Position numbers and translations under genes: made by a program
Origin: Candidatus Oxydemutatoraceae bacterium
Lineage (GTDB): Bacteria > Pseudomonadota > Gammaproteobacteria > Poriferisulfidales > Oxydemutatoraceae
Length of the DNA stretch: 64,000 bases
Reading direction: 5' to 3'
Assembly: GCA_965219575.1 (NCBI GenBank)
Contig: OZ244779.1
Span: forward strand, 1,548,769 to 1,612,768
Part shown: one piece after another, positions 41,717 to 51,500 of the stretch
Numbering within the stretch: the first letter of the stretch is position 1
How the letters are laid out: each line of letters begins with the position of its first letter
Notes under the pieces: model-generated
What the model was told of the DNA's origin: nothing
The model's input: the letters and a program-made list of their open reading frames with translations, nothing else
Database searches by the model: none

Positions 41717-43336
41717 CTATTCCCATTCGATAGTTGCCGGCGGTTTGCTGCTCAGGTCGTAACAGACGCGTGTAATGCCCGATACTTCGTTGACGATGCG
41801 CGACGCCACTTCGGATAAAAAAGATGCCGGCAAGCAGGCACTGTTTGCGGTCATAAAATCTTCGCTCGCTACCGCTCGAAGTACAATCACCCGACCGTAT
41901 TGTCTGCCGTCTCCCATCACGCCGACCGACTTGACCGGCAAAATAACCGCAAAAGCCTGCGCAACCTTATCGTATAAATCGTGATCCCACAATGCTTTAA
42001 CGAACAAGGCATCGGCTTGCCGTAGTATATGCAGCGATTCTTCGTCTATGGCACCCAATACTCGCACCGCAAGCCCGGGACCCGGAAACGGATGCCGCTG
42101 AACTATCGCTTTGTCCAAGCCGAGCACGCTGCCCAAAGCGCGTACCTCGTCCTTGAACAGATAAGCCAAAGGTTCCAAGATTTTTAGCTTCATTCGCTCG
42201 GGCAAACCGCCGACATTATGATGAGATTTGATTAGATGAGAACCCTCGGCACCGGCCGACTCTATGATATCGGGGTAGATCGTGCCTTGCGCAAGCCAAT
42301 CGACTTTGCCTATCGCTTGCGCACGATGTTCGAAGGTTTCTATGAACAATTTGCCGATAATTCGTCTTTTCTGTTCGGGGTCGGTTATCCCTTCGAGTGC
42401 GTTCAGAAAAGTATCTGCGGCATCGACGACATGCAAATCTATGCCGAAATGCTTTTCAAAGGTTTCCACGACCTGCCCACGCTCGCCTTGTCTGAGTAAG
42501 CCGTTGTCTACGAAGATGCAGTGCAACCTTTCACCGATTGCGCGCTGCAACAAAAGCGCGGCAACCGAAGAATCCACACCGCCGGATAATGCCAATAGTA
42601 GCTGTTCGTCGCCGACGATGTTGCGAATATGTGCGATGCTTTTATCGGCAATATCGGTAGCTTTCCAGCCCGATTTGCAACCGGCAATGTGATATACAAA
42701 GTTCTTCAGTATGGCTTTGCCGTCGGTGGTATGGGTAACTTCGGGGTGGAATTGCAGCCCGTACCATGCCCGCGCTTCGTCTGCCATTGCGGCAATCGGT
42801 GAATGTTCGCTCGATGCGATGACCGCAAAGCTATCCGGCAATCCGACCACTCTATCGCCGTGCGACATCCACACCGAACAGGTTGAATTGACTCGAGATT
42901 GCACCTCGCCGAACAGCGGAGAGGAACCCTCGATCGTAATCTCTGCGGAACCGAATTCTCTATCGTCGGAACGCTCTATCTCGCCGTTGCCGTGCACGGC
43001 GAGCCACTGCATACCGTAGCATATACCTAATACCGGTAAGCCCAAAGCATCCAGATCGAAACCGACATCGGGTGCCGAGTCCGAATGTACCGACTCGGGA
43101 CCGCCGGATAAGATGATTGCACGCGGTGCGAAATCGCTCAGTTCCGCGGTTGTGGTTCGTGCCGGAAACACCTCGCTGTAAACGCCTAGCTCTCTTATTT
43201 TACGGGCAATCAGCCGTGTGTATTGAGAACCGAAATCAACGATTGCAATTTTATCGCAACCGACATCATCGTATAGAAAATCGTGTAGTCTATAGCGGTT
43301 CTCGGGTTGTGTCGGCTTATCCATGCACTGTGTCAA
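41717..43336 (-). CDS. guaA: GMP synthase
   Basis: DFGSQY, GICYG, SGGVDS, KPPATIEWE. Confidence 0.98.
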   Translation of the reverse strand: MTQCMDKPTQPENRYRLHDFLYDDVGCDKIAIVDFGSQYTRLIARKIRELGVYSEVFPARTTTAELSDFAPRAIILSGGPESVHSDSAPDVGFDLDALGLPVLGICYGMQWLAVHGNGEIERSDDREFGSAEITIEGSSPLFGEVQSRVNSTCSVWMSHGDRVVGLPDSFAVIASSEHSPIAAMADEARAWYGLQFHPEVTHTTDGKAILKNFVYHIAGCKSGWKATDIADKSIAHIRNIVGDEQLLLALSGGVDSSVAALLLQRAIGERLHCIFVDNGLLRQGERGQVVETFEKHFGIDLHVVDAADTFLNALEGITDPEQKRRIIGKLFIETFEHRAQAIGKVDWLAQGTIYPDIIESAGAEGSHLIKSHHNVGGLPERMKLKILEPLAYLFKDEVRALGSVLGLDKAIVQRHPFPGPGLAVRVLGAIDEESLHILRQADALFVKALWDHDLYDKVAQAFAVILPVKSVGVMGDGRQYGRVIVLRAVASEDFMTANSACLPASFLSEVASRIVNEVSGITRVCYDLSSKPPATIEWE

Positions 43337-43341
43337 ACGGC

Positions 43342-44802
43342 TTATTCAACATGGTAATTGGGTGCTTCTTTGGTGATACTGACATCGTGGACATGGCTTT
43401 CTCGCATCCCGGCTTCGGTAATTCTGATAAACTTCGCTTTGTCATGCGCCTCGGCTATCGTTGCACATCCTATATAACCCATACCCGAGCGCACCCCTCC
43501 GAGTAGCTGATAGACGACATCGGCCAAGCCACCGCGATAAGGCACCCGCCCTTCTATCCCTTCGGGTACCAATTTCTCGTCTTCCACATCGAATTGCGCA
43601 TAACGATCCTTGGCACCGCGCTGCATCGCAGCCAAGGATCCCATACCGCGATAGACCTTGTACGAGCGTCCTTGATAGAGTTCTATCTCGCCGGGTGCTT
43701 CTCGGGTACCCGCAAAAAGGCTACCGATCATCACCGTGTCGGCACCCGCCGCAATCGCTTTGCTTACATCGCCGGAAAATCGTATTCCACCGTCGGCAAT
43801 CAGCGGTACTTCGCCTTTGATCGCTCGGGCTACCTCGTAAATTGCGCTGAATTGCGGCATGCCGATTCCGGCGATGACACGCGTGGTGCATATAGATCCC
43901 GGACCGACACCGATCTTTATTGCGTCGACACCCGTATCGAGTAATGCACGCGCCGCCTCGGCGGTTGCAACATTCCCGACAATGAGCTGCTTGTCGGGGA
44001 AAGTGCTTTTAATTTTAGCAATCGTATCGAGTACACGTTGCGAATGACCGTGTGCCGTATCTATCACCATAACATCACACCCGGCATCCACCACTGCGGT
44101 TGCACGCGCCGGTGTCGAGTTATCGGTGCCTATCGAAGCACCGACTTGTAGTCGCCCTTCGGCATCCTTCGACGCATCGGGAAACTGTTCCGCTCTTTGC
44201 ATATCCTTAACGGTTATCAACCCGCACAATTCAAAATCGTCGTTGACGACCAATATCTTTTCGATCTTATGCTCGTGCAATCGCCGCCTGATTTCCTCGG
44301 CATCGGCATTTTCCTTGACGGTGACCAACCGTTCCTTAGGTGTCATTATTTCGGAGATGCGGTCGTCTCGGCGAGTTTCAAAGCGCAGATCACGATGGGT
44401 TACGATGCCTACCAGTTGTTTGCCCGTTACGACCGGCACGCCCGAAATCCCGTAATCTCGTGTTAGATCTATCACCGCTTTGATCGAAGTATCGGGGGAC
44501 ACCGTGATCGGGTCTCTGACCACACCGCTTTCAAACTTCTTGACCATGCGCACATTTTCGGCTTGCGACTCTATAGACATATTTTTGTGTATAAAGCCTA
44601 TACCACCCAGTTGGGCAAGTGAAATTGCGGTATCGTGTTCGGTGACGGTATCCATCGCTGCGGACACCAACGGAATGTTCAAAGAAAGTCCGCGGCTCAA
44701 TTTCGCCGCCAAGTCTACCTCGGTAGGCAAAATCTTCGAATAAGCGGGTACCAACAATACATCGTCGAAGGTCAGTGCTTGTTTTATTTGTTCCATTTTC
44801 AT
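43342..44802 (-). CDS. guaB: IMP dehydrogenase
   Basis: [23 protein letters not shown]. Confidence 0.98.
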   Translation of the reverse strand: MKMEQIKQALTFDDVLLVPAYSKILPTEVDLAAKLSRGLSLNIPLVSAAMDTVTEHDTAISLAQLGGIGFIHKNMSIESQAENVRMVKKFESGVVRDPITVSPDTSIKAVIDLTRDYGISGVPVVTGKQLVGIVTHRDLRFETRRDDRISEIMTPKERLVTVKENADAEEIRRRLHEHKIEKILVVNDDFELCGLITVKDMQRAEQFPDASKDAEGRLQVGASIGTDNSTPARATAVVDAGCDVMVIDTAHGHSQRVLDTIAKIKSTFPDKQLIVGNVATAEAARALLDTGVDAIKIGVGPGSICTTRVIAGIGMPQFSAIYEVARAIKGEVPLIADGGIRFSGDVSKAIAAGADTVMIGSLFAGTREAPGEIELYQGRSYKVYRGMGSLAAMQRGAKDRYAQFDVEDEKLVPEGIEGRVPYRGGLADVVYQLLGGVRSGMGYIGCATIAEAHDKAKFIRITEAGMRESHVHDVSITKEAPNYHVE

Positions 44803-44870
44803 ATAAAGCCGGGACTCGTATATACTAAACGGCTAGTGTAGCATAAGCACATATACATATAGTAGTCATC

Positions 44871-46217
44871 ATGCAGTTTTCAATAGAACAAAAACACATC
44901 TATACAGTCGGCAAACTGAATCAAAAAATCAGAGAAACCCTACTGCACAATTTTGCGTCGGTTTGGGTCGAAGGAGAAATATCCAATTTTGTGCGCGCTA
45001 CATCGGGACATTTTTATTTCAGTATCAAAGACGAAGACAGTCAAATCCGCTGTGCAATGTTTCGCGGCGATAACCGAGAGCTGAAGTTTGAACTCGAGAA
45101 CGGCTTGCTCGTACAGCTGCAGGCGCGCATAGAATTGTACGAGAAACGCGGCGATTTACAACTCATCGTAAAACATGTAGAAGCGGCGGGCGGCGGCAAA
45201 CTGCAATTAGAGTTTGAACGTCTCAAACTAAAACTTTATAAAGAAGGACTATTCGACGAAACCTTAAAACAAGAAATACCGGCGTATCCGCTTACCGTCG
45301 GAGTGATTACTTCGGAGACAGGTGCCGCCTTAAAAGATGTGATTTCGGTACTGCGCAAACGTTTCCCTATCGTACATCTGATCGTCTATCCGACACTCGT
45401 GCAAGGCGACCGAGCACCCGAAGAGATTTGCCGAGCATTGGAGATTGCCGAACGCAGACACGAGGTTGAAGTCCTATTGCTGGTACGCGGTGGCGGTTCG
45501 ATAGAAGACTTATGGGCATTCAACGACGAAGCGGTTGCGCGTACTATCGCTGCGTCCAAGCTACCCGTCGTCGCCGGTATCGGACACGAAATAGATTTTA
45601 CGATAGCGGATTTCGTATGCGACCGCCGTGCGCCGACACCGTCGGCAGCAGCCGAATACATCAGCCCCGATAAAAGAGAACTCGTGCAGGAATTGAATGT
45701 TATAAACAAAAATCTGTGTACGGAAATGACACGCACGCTCAAACAGAAACTGGAATTCATTAAACTGATGGAAGCCGAACTTGCCAAGTCTCACCCCAAA
45801 CATCAACTACAAAACTACGCCCAGCAACTCGACGAACTCGGCCGCCGTCTGATGCCGACGATAAAAAATTATTTATGTCTACACGACCGGCAACTGGAAC
45901 ATCAACGTAGCTTGCTATTGAGCAACACCCCGATCAAATATATGGAAATGTATGCGGATAAACTCGCCTCTCATACCAAAGCATTGCAAGACAATCTACG
46001 CGCTAGACTACGGCAAGCCGAACAAAGTATCGCACATTCGGCAAGCAAGCTCGAAACCTTGGGACCGACTACCACATTAAAAAGAGGCTATGCAATCGTC
46101 ACCGACGACTCCGACCGCTTGGTGCGCTCGGTCAAACAAGTGCATATAAAGCAAAAGATTAATATTCAAGTCGGCGAAGGCAAAATGGTAGCCGAAGTCG
46201 ATAAAAAGACCGACTAA
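44871..46217 (+). CDS. xseA: Exodeoxyribonuclease VII large subunit
   Basis: SGHFYF, RGGGSIEDLW, APTPSAAAE; divergent from guaB. Confidence 0.97.
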   Translation: MQFSIEQKHIYTVGKLNQKIRETLLHNFASVWVEGEISNFVRATSGHFYFSIKDEDSQIRCAMFRGDNRELKFELENGLLVQLQARIELYEKRGDLQLIVKHVEAAGGGKLQLEFERLKLKLYKEGLFDETLKQEIPAYPLTVGVITSETGAALKDVISVLRKRFPIVHLIVYPTLVQGDRAPEEICRALEIAERRHEVEVLLLVRGGGSIEDLWAFNDEAVARTIAASKLPVVAGIGHEIDFTIADFVCDRRAPTPSAAAEYISPDKRELVQELNVINKNLCTEMTRTLKQKLEFIKLMEAELAKSHPKHQLQNYAQQLDELGRRLMPTIKNYLCLHDRQLEHQRSLLLSNTPIKYMEMYADKLASHTKALQDNLRARLRQAEQSIAHSASKLETLGPTTTLKRGYAIVTDDSDRLVRSVKQVHIKQKINIQVGEGKMVAEVDKKTD

Positions 46218-46252
46218 TACGGCGGCAACTTGGCCGGTTCGGTGCCGGTAAA

Positions 46253-46660
46253 TTAGCCCGATAAACCCAACTGTGCAAAGAGGTCTTCGGTATCCCAAAC
46301 ACCGACAACGGTGGTCAGTAAACCACCTTCGGTCTTTATAAAATCACAACCTTGAATTACCACATTTTTTCCGGTAGGTGGATTACCCATTATGGAACCG
46401 TCGTTAGTACCGAATATCAGCCACGGGGCTGCAATCACGCCGTTACTCGCCTCGACGCTGCTAATTAATTCTACCGACATATCGGGAAAAGAATCGAACA
46501 AAGACTGCGCATATTCGCCGATCGCCTGACCGGTTATCTGTTTTTCGGTTGCCGGATCGCAATAAGTACCGCCTTCGGCAAAGGTTGCCAAAATAGCATC
46601 TACGTCGCGACGATCCCACGCGTCAAAATATTTTTTAACTATATCGTTTTCGGTTGTCAT
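46253..46660 (-). CDS. SnoaL-like/NTF2-fold (ester cyclase family) protein
   Basis: YFDAWDRRDVDAI, SFPD, GT..G..PPTGK, QLG C-terminus. Confidence 0.8.
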   Translation of the reverse strand: MTTENDIVKKYFDAWDRRDVDAILATFAEGGTYCDPATEKQITGQAIGEYAQSLFDSFPDMSVELISSVEASNGVIAAPWLIFGTNDGSIMGNPPTGKNVVIQGCDFIKTEGGLLTTVVGVWDTEDLFAQLGLSG

Positions 46661-46890
46661 CGGCTTTCTCCATATTGTTCGCTATTGCTCGGTCGCTACA
46701 AACGACTTTGTCTCGGCGATTATATCATGTTAAATGAGGAATAGCCGAACCCGTACGATTACTGCACTTACGGGTGATTGTCATAAATTTAATATGCACA
46801 AAGATTGGGTTGGTGCGGGTTGTATAAATACGATAACGGTGCTGTAACTCAAAAATTGATTTTCGTTTAATATGGCAGTATACTACCTAA

Positions 46891-48132
46891 TTGAACGAAA
46901 TAGACATGATCAAAGAACGTACTCTGAAAAAGACGATAACCCTTATTTCAAAAGGGTTTCCTGTCTTATTGCTAACCGGTCCCAGGCAAGTCGGTAAAAC
47001 TACTTTGCTTAAATCTTTGTGCAATCGTCAAAGAGCTTATGTTACATTGGACGACGGAGATCAAAGGTATCTAGCTCGGAAAGAACCCGAACTTTTTCTC
47101 CAAAAACACTCACCTCCTCTGCTCATAGACGAAGTCCAATACGCACCCGAACTTTTTAGTTATATTAAAATCTATGTAGACGAACATAAAAAACCGGGTA
47201 TGTTTTGGTTAACCGGTTCTCAGAAATTTCAGCTGATGAATAATATCAGCGAAAGCCTTGCCGGACGCGTTGCCATTATTAGTATGCTGGGCTTTTCTCA
47301 AGGAGAAAAAGAAAACAGAGCTTTGCAAATCAAGCCTTTTATGCCCACGGTTCGATGGATTAAACATGCGAGAAAAAATATCAAAAGAACCAAAAACCTC
47401 ATGACCGTTTATAAAGAAATTTGGCAGGGTTCGTATCCCGGATATATCACCGGCAAAAATATTTCTCATGACATCTTCTATAGTTCGTATTTACAGACTT
47501 ACATACAAAGAGATGTTAAAGATATACTCAATATCAAAAACAATAATACTTTTCTAAGATTTCTTAGAGCCATCGCGGCAAGAACCGGTCAATTACTCAA
47601 CTATGCCGATATTTCCCGGGATACCGATATCGATTACAAAACAGCTAAATCATGGCTGTCGGTGCTCGAGGCTTCGGGATTGATTTATCTGCTCCAGCCT
47701 TATCACAACAATGCGAGCAAACGCCTACTTAAAACTCCTAAAATCTATTTTCTGGATACCGGTTTGTGTAGCTATATTACGCAATGGTCGTCGCATCGGT
47801 CTCTGGAAGCGGGTGCCATGTCCGGTGCTATGCTGGAAAGCTATGTCGTAGCGGAAATACTAAAAAGTTACTGGCATAACGGGAAAACCCCTTATATGTA
47901 CTATTACCGAGATACCGACCAAAAGGAAATAGATCTGGTGATAGAAACAGGCGACACGCTTTATCCGATAGAAATTAAAAAAACGGCGACATTTACTAAA
48001 TTCTCCGCAAAGAGATTTTCGGTTCTTTCCAAACTGGGGAAAAAAGTAGGACACGGTGCCGTCTTATGCTTGAAGAGCAAAGATATGCCGCTCGGTCACG
48101 AAATAGATGCCATTCCGATATGCTACCTTTGA
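46891..48132 (+). CDS. AAA ATPase with DUF4143 and C-terminal PD-(D/E)XK-like domain
   Basis: GPRQVGKTT, IDEVQ, LTGS, ESLAGR, KIYFLDTG, EIDL..IEIK. Confidence 0.9.
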   Translation: MNEIDMIKERTLKKTITLISKGFPVLLLTGPRQVGKTTLLKSLCNRQRAYVTLDDGDQRYLARKEPELFLQKHSPPLLIDEVQYAPELFSYIKIYVDEHKKPGMFWLTGSQKFQLMNNISESLAGRVAIISMLGFSQGEKENRALQIKPFMPTVRWIKHARKNIKRTKNLMTVYKEIWQGSYPGYITGKNISHDIFYSSYLQTYIQRDVKDILNIKNNNTFLRFLRAIAARTGQLLNYADISRDTDIDYKTAKSWLSVLEASGLIYLLQPYHNNASKRLLKTPKIYFLDTGLCSYITQWSSHRSLEAGAMSGAMLESYVVAEILKSYWHNGKTPYMYYYRDTDQKEIDLVIETGDTLYPIEIKKTATFTKFSAKRFSVLSKLGKKVGHGAVLCLKSKDMPLGHEIDAIPICYL

Positions 48133-48234
48133 GTAGACGGCAAATTAATGAGTGAATAACGCGGGGCTATCGGCGGATATTGCATTTTGTAATGTATGCG
48201 CTACTTACTTGTTGAGGATCTGCACAACGTCACG

Positions 48235-48517
48235 CTGTTGAAAAATTACTGTTTTTGCACAACTGCAACCGCTTGCGCCGTGAATATTTACAAACCACCT
48301 GTAGGGGCGGACTGGCATGTCCGCCCTAAAGTGTCGTTCTGCACAGCCGTAATCGCTTGCGCCGTATGGTTTTGGTTTCATGAATTGGATGGCGTACGAT
48401 TTTATTTATGCTAACACGACGCGTGTTCGGGCGGACATCATAATGGCCGATTGACCTACCGGCTCAATCGGCGGCTTTATACTGCCCCTACCACTCTATG
48501 AAATACTTTTTCAACAG
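48235..48517. mobile_element. Second composite MITE-like element with REP pair and nested palindrome (48439-48479)
   Basis: CTGTTGAAAAA...TTTTTCAACAG; GTAGGGGCGGACTGGCATGTCCGCCC; flanked by CAA(C/T)GTCACG at 48225 and 48521. Confidence 0.75.
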
Positions 48518-48520
48518 CCC

Positions 48521-48563
48521 CAATGTCACGCCGATTGACCTACCGGCTCAATCGGTGGTTCTA
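48521..48563 (-). repeat. Palindromic repeat starting at the stop of the giant gene
   Basis: Minus strand TAGAACCACCGATTGAGCCGGTAGGTCAATCGGCGTGACATTG. Confidence 0.88.
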
Positions 48564-51500
48564 CTGGAGCGGACCTTCCAAAAAGACTTTGGCGCGGATG
48601 CGTATCACACCCCTTTCTATTATATTCGTTGCCGAGGCTCGCAACAGAGTCACAATATAGGTTCGGCTATCCCCGGACTGTGGTGTTACGACTATAGTAA
48701 TGTCTTTTTTCGTTCCGGGATTAACCGAAACCGTTAGGCTTGCCGATCGGCTGGCGCGACCTGAGTTTCTCGATCGGTCTCCGATCACCAGCGTAGTATT
48801 TTCAGCGAAAGCCATTGCGGTTATCGTCATATTTGACATATTATTAGGCAATTCCACACTGTAGTTGTTTTGTTGACTTGCCGAGTTCATGTTAAACATA
48901 AATTTCGGTTTCAATACGCCTTGAGATACGCGTAGCATACTCAACCTCGTGTCTCGGCTTTGCTCGCGGTCGATAGCCACCGTATAGGTTTTACTCGTTT
49001 GCCGGTCTTCGGCAAGCACTTTAATTGAAACTCTCTTAGTCTCGCCTTCGGCGTCAACGAAGGAAATAGCATCGCTTATATCGGCATCGGCACCGTCTAC
49101 CGCAACGGTAATCGTCGCACTGGAATGTTCCGTTTCCGTTTCCAGACCGACACTCGTTATCTTATCGCCGACTATCGGATTAGGAATCGTATAAACATAG
49201 TCGGCACTCGTCGCTAGATTGCCGAAGTCGGCAAGTTTATTTCCTCCCGACACGATACGCAAGGCACTCAAGTTGGCATTATCGCTCGCCTTGCGGGTCG
49301 CACGCACCACATAGTTACTCGTTGTCGCACCCGGTGCTACGAGTGCTATGGTAATGTCCTTGGTCTGATCCACATCGAAGCGAATTATGGCACTTCCGTT
49401 AGCGGCTTGTATCACCTCGGTTTCCGCATCGAATATCGTATATTCTACGATACCGTTATCCCCAGAGAACAGTGTCGGACTCACGACCAGATTCGCACTA
49501 TCATTTGCAATCGTCACCGTATAGTTGCGGGTAAAGGCATCAAAACGATAAGGATCATCGTCGCTAAGTCCGTCCAAACCTAGCGTCTGCAAAACCAGCG
49601 GACGAATGACGGTCACGGTATAGCTCTGCTCGGTATAACCGTCTTCGGTGCTATCGCCGCGTCTTACGACGAGGGTGATGCGGTTGGCACCTCGCTGCAA
49701 CGGAATAGCTCGAGAAATAGAAGCAAGATCTGCGCTTAAATCTACGGGATTATCATTCAAGATATATTCGGTGCCACCCAAAAGGATGCTCCGGATACTT
49801 ACACCGGCGGCGGTCGCCGCTGCCGACGCTATGATTTCGGTAGCCGTGCCGATCAGTTCGCCGCGATATTCGGTTTCGGTGTTGCCTTCCGGATTAAGTG
49901 CCACATCACTCATTCGAAGCATAAACCCTAAGGCACTTCGGGTCACCGATGCGGCTCGGGATATCACCACGGTATAAGTTGCGGTTGTTCGATCCTGTGC
50001 GGTTGCCGAGATAGTAATGTCTTCATGTTGTCCGGGATTTATTGCAATCGGCAAGGTCACCGAGTTACCCGAGCGAGAATTGCCTACTTCGCTAATTGTC
50101 AGTATTGTGTTTGCATTGGCGGCAGCTGCACCGAGGTTCACATTTGCGGCGTCGTTAGGCAACTCTACGCTATATTTTCTAATCTCTTGAGTTGCCGCCG
50201 AAGAATCGAAGCCGAATTGCGGTATTAACTCACTCGACGATACCGCCAACCTACTCAGCCGAGTATCTCGGCTCGCTGCCCGCACGATAGTCACCGTATA
50301 GGTTTTCCGGACGCTACGCCGTTGTGCGGTCACTACAATTCGGGCGCGCTTAGTCTCACCTTCGTCTAGGCGAATGTTCTCATTTATAGTATTGACACCC
50401 ATAACTCTCGGAGGGGTGTCGTCGTCTACCGTAAGACTTATCGTCGCATCGGGATGTTCGGCTTGCGCTTGCAGACTAACACTCGTTATCTTATCACCGA
50501 CGATCGGGTTGGGAATCGTATAGACATAGTTGGTACTTGTCGCTAGGCTGTCGAAGTCGGCAAGTGTATTTTCCCCCGATATAATACGCAAGGCACCCAA
50601 GTCGACATCGATATTTCCAAGGGTTATCAGCACGATATAGTCTTGGGTCGTCCGTCGATCTTGTGCGGTCACGACAATGGTAATCGTCGTCGTCCGACCC
50701 TCGGTCACTGCGATCAACGAACTCTGTCCGTTCTCGGCTACGACTTCGCCGCGATCGCTTCCCGGTGCAAAAACTTCTATCTTATCTACATAGGGTTGTG
50801 CAGTCGGTTTTACTCTAACACCGGTCACGATATCGGTGAAAGATGCCGGATATTCACCGCCATCGCTTAAGCTATCAAAAATCACCAACGGCTCAACCGC
50901 AACCGACGATTGCGGCAATAGTTCCAATGCCGACAAACGGGCGTCGGTGCTGGGTGATCGGTTCACCGTCAACGTGTAATCCGCGCTGTCGTCTTCGCGA
51001 CCCGATTGTGCGGTTATCTTAATTCGCAACTCCGTGCCGTCGCCGGGGTCGTCTAAGGTGATACTCGCTCGTGCCGCACCCTCTCCTTCGACCCGCCTAT
51101 TGCGCACATCGGTAATCACCACCGTTGCGAATTTATTGCCGGCGGTCACGGTTACGCTGCTACTCGTCGTTGCTTCGTCTAGGGTTGCGGTATAGGTTCC
51201 GTCGCCGTTATCTACTACCGATGTGCCGGCTACGGTAATATCCGCCAAGCTCGCATCGCGACTCGGATCACGACTTATCGTCAAGGTATAGCCTTGAGTC
51301 GTCTCACCGTCTTGCGCAGTCACTACGATGCGCAGGGTTCTGGAAGCACCGGTATCGGCAATGGTCACTTGTCTGCCGATCTCGTTGCGAATGGAATTCG
51401 TCTCTCCGTCCAAAGTGATTGCCACCGTCGCTTGCGAATGGGTCGTTGTCACGGTCACGGTCGTATTCGATGTGTTTTCGTCTAGGCTCATAGTATAAGT

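Noticed and set aside
11651-48563. Palindromes as integron attC sites
   Set aside because: No GTTRRRY/RYYYAAC boxes, shorter than typical attC sites, not in a tandem cassette array, and no integrase in the window
48196-48737. 72-aa and 79-aa ORFs
   Set aside because: They lie in repeat DNA or antisense to the giant gene
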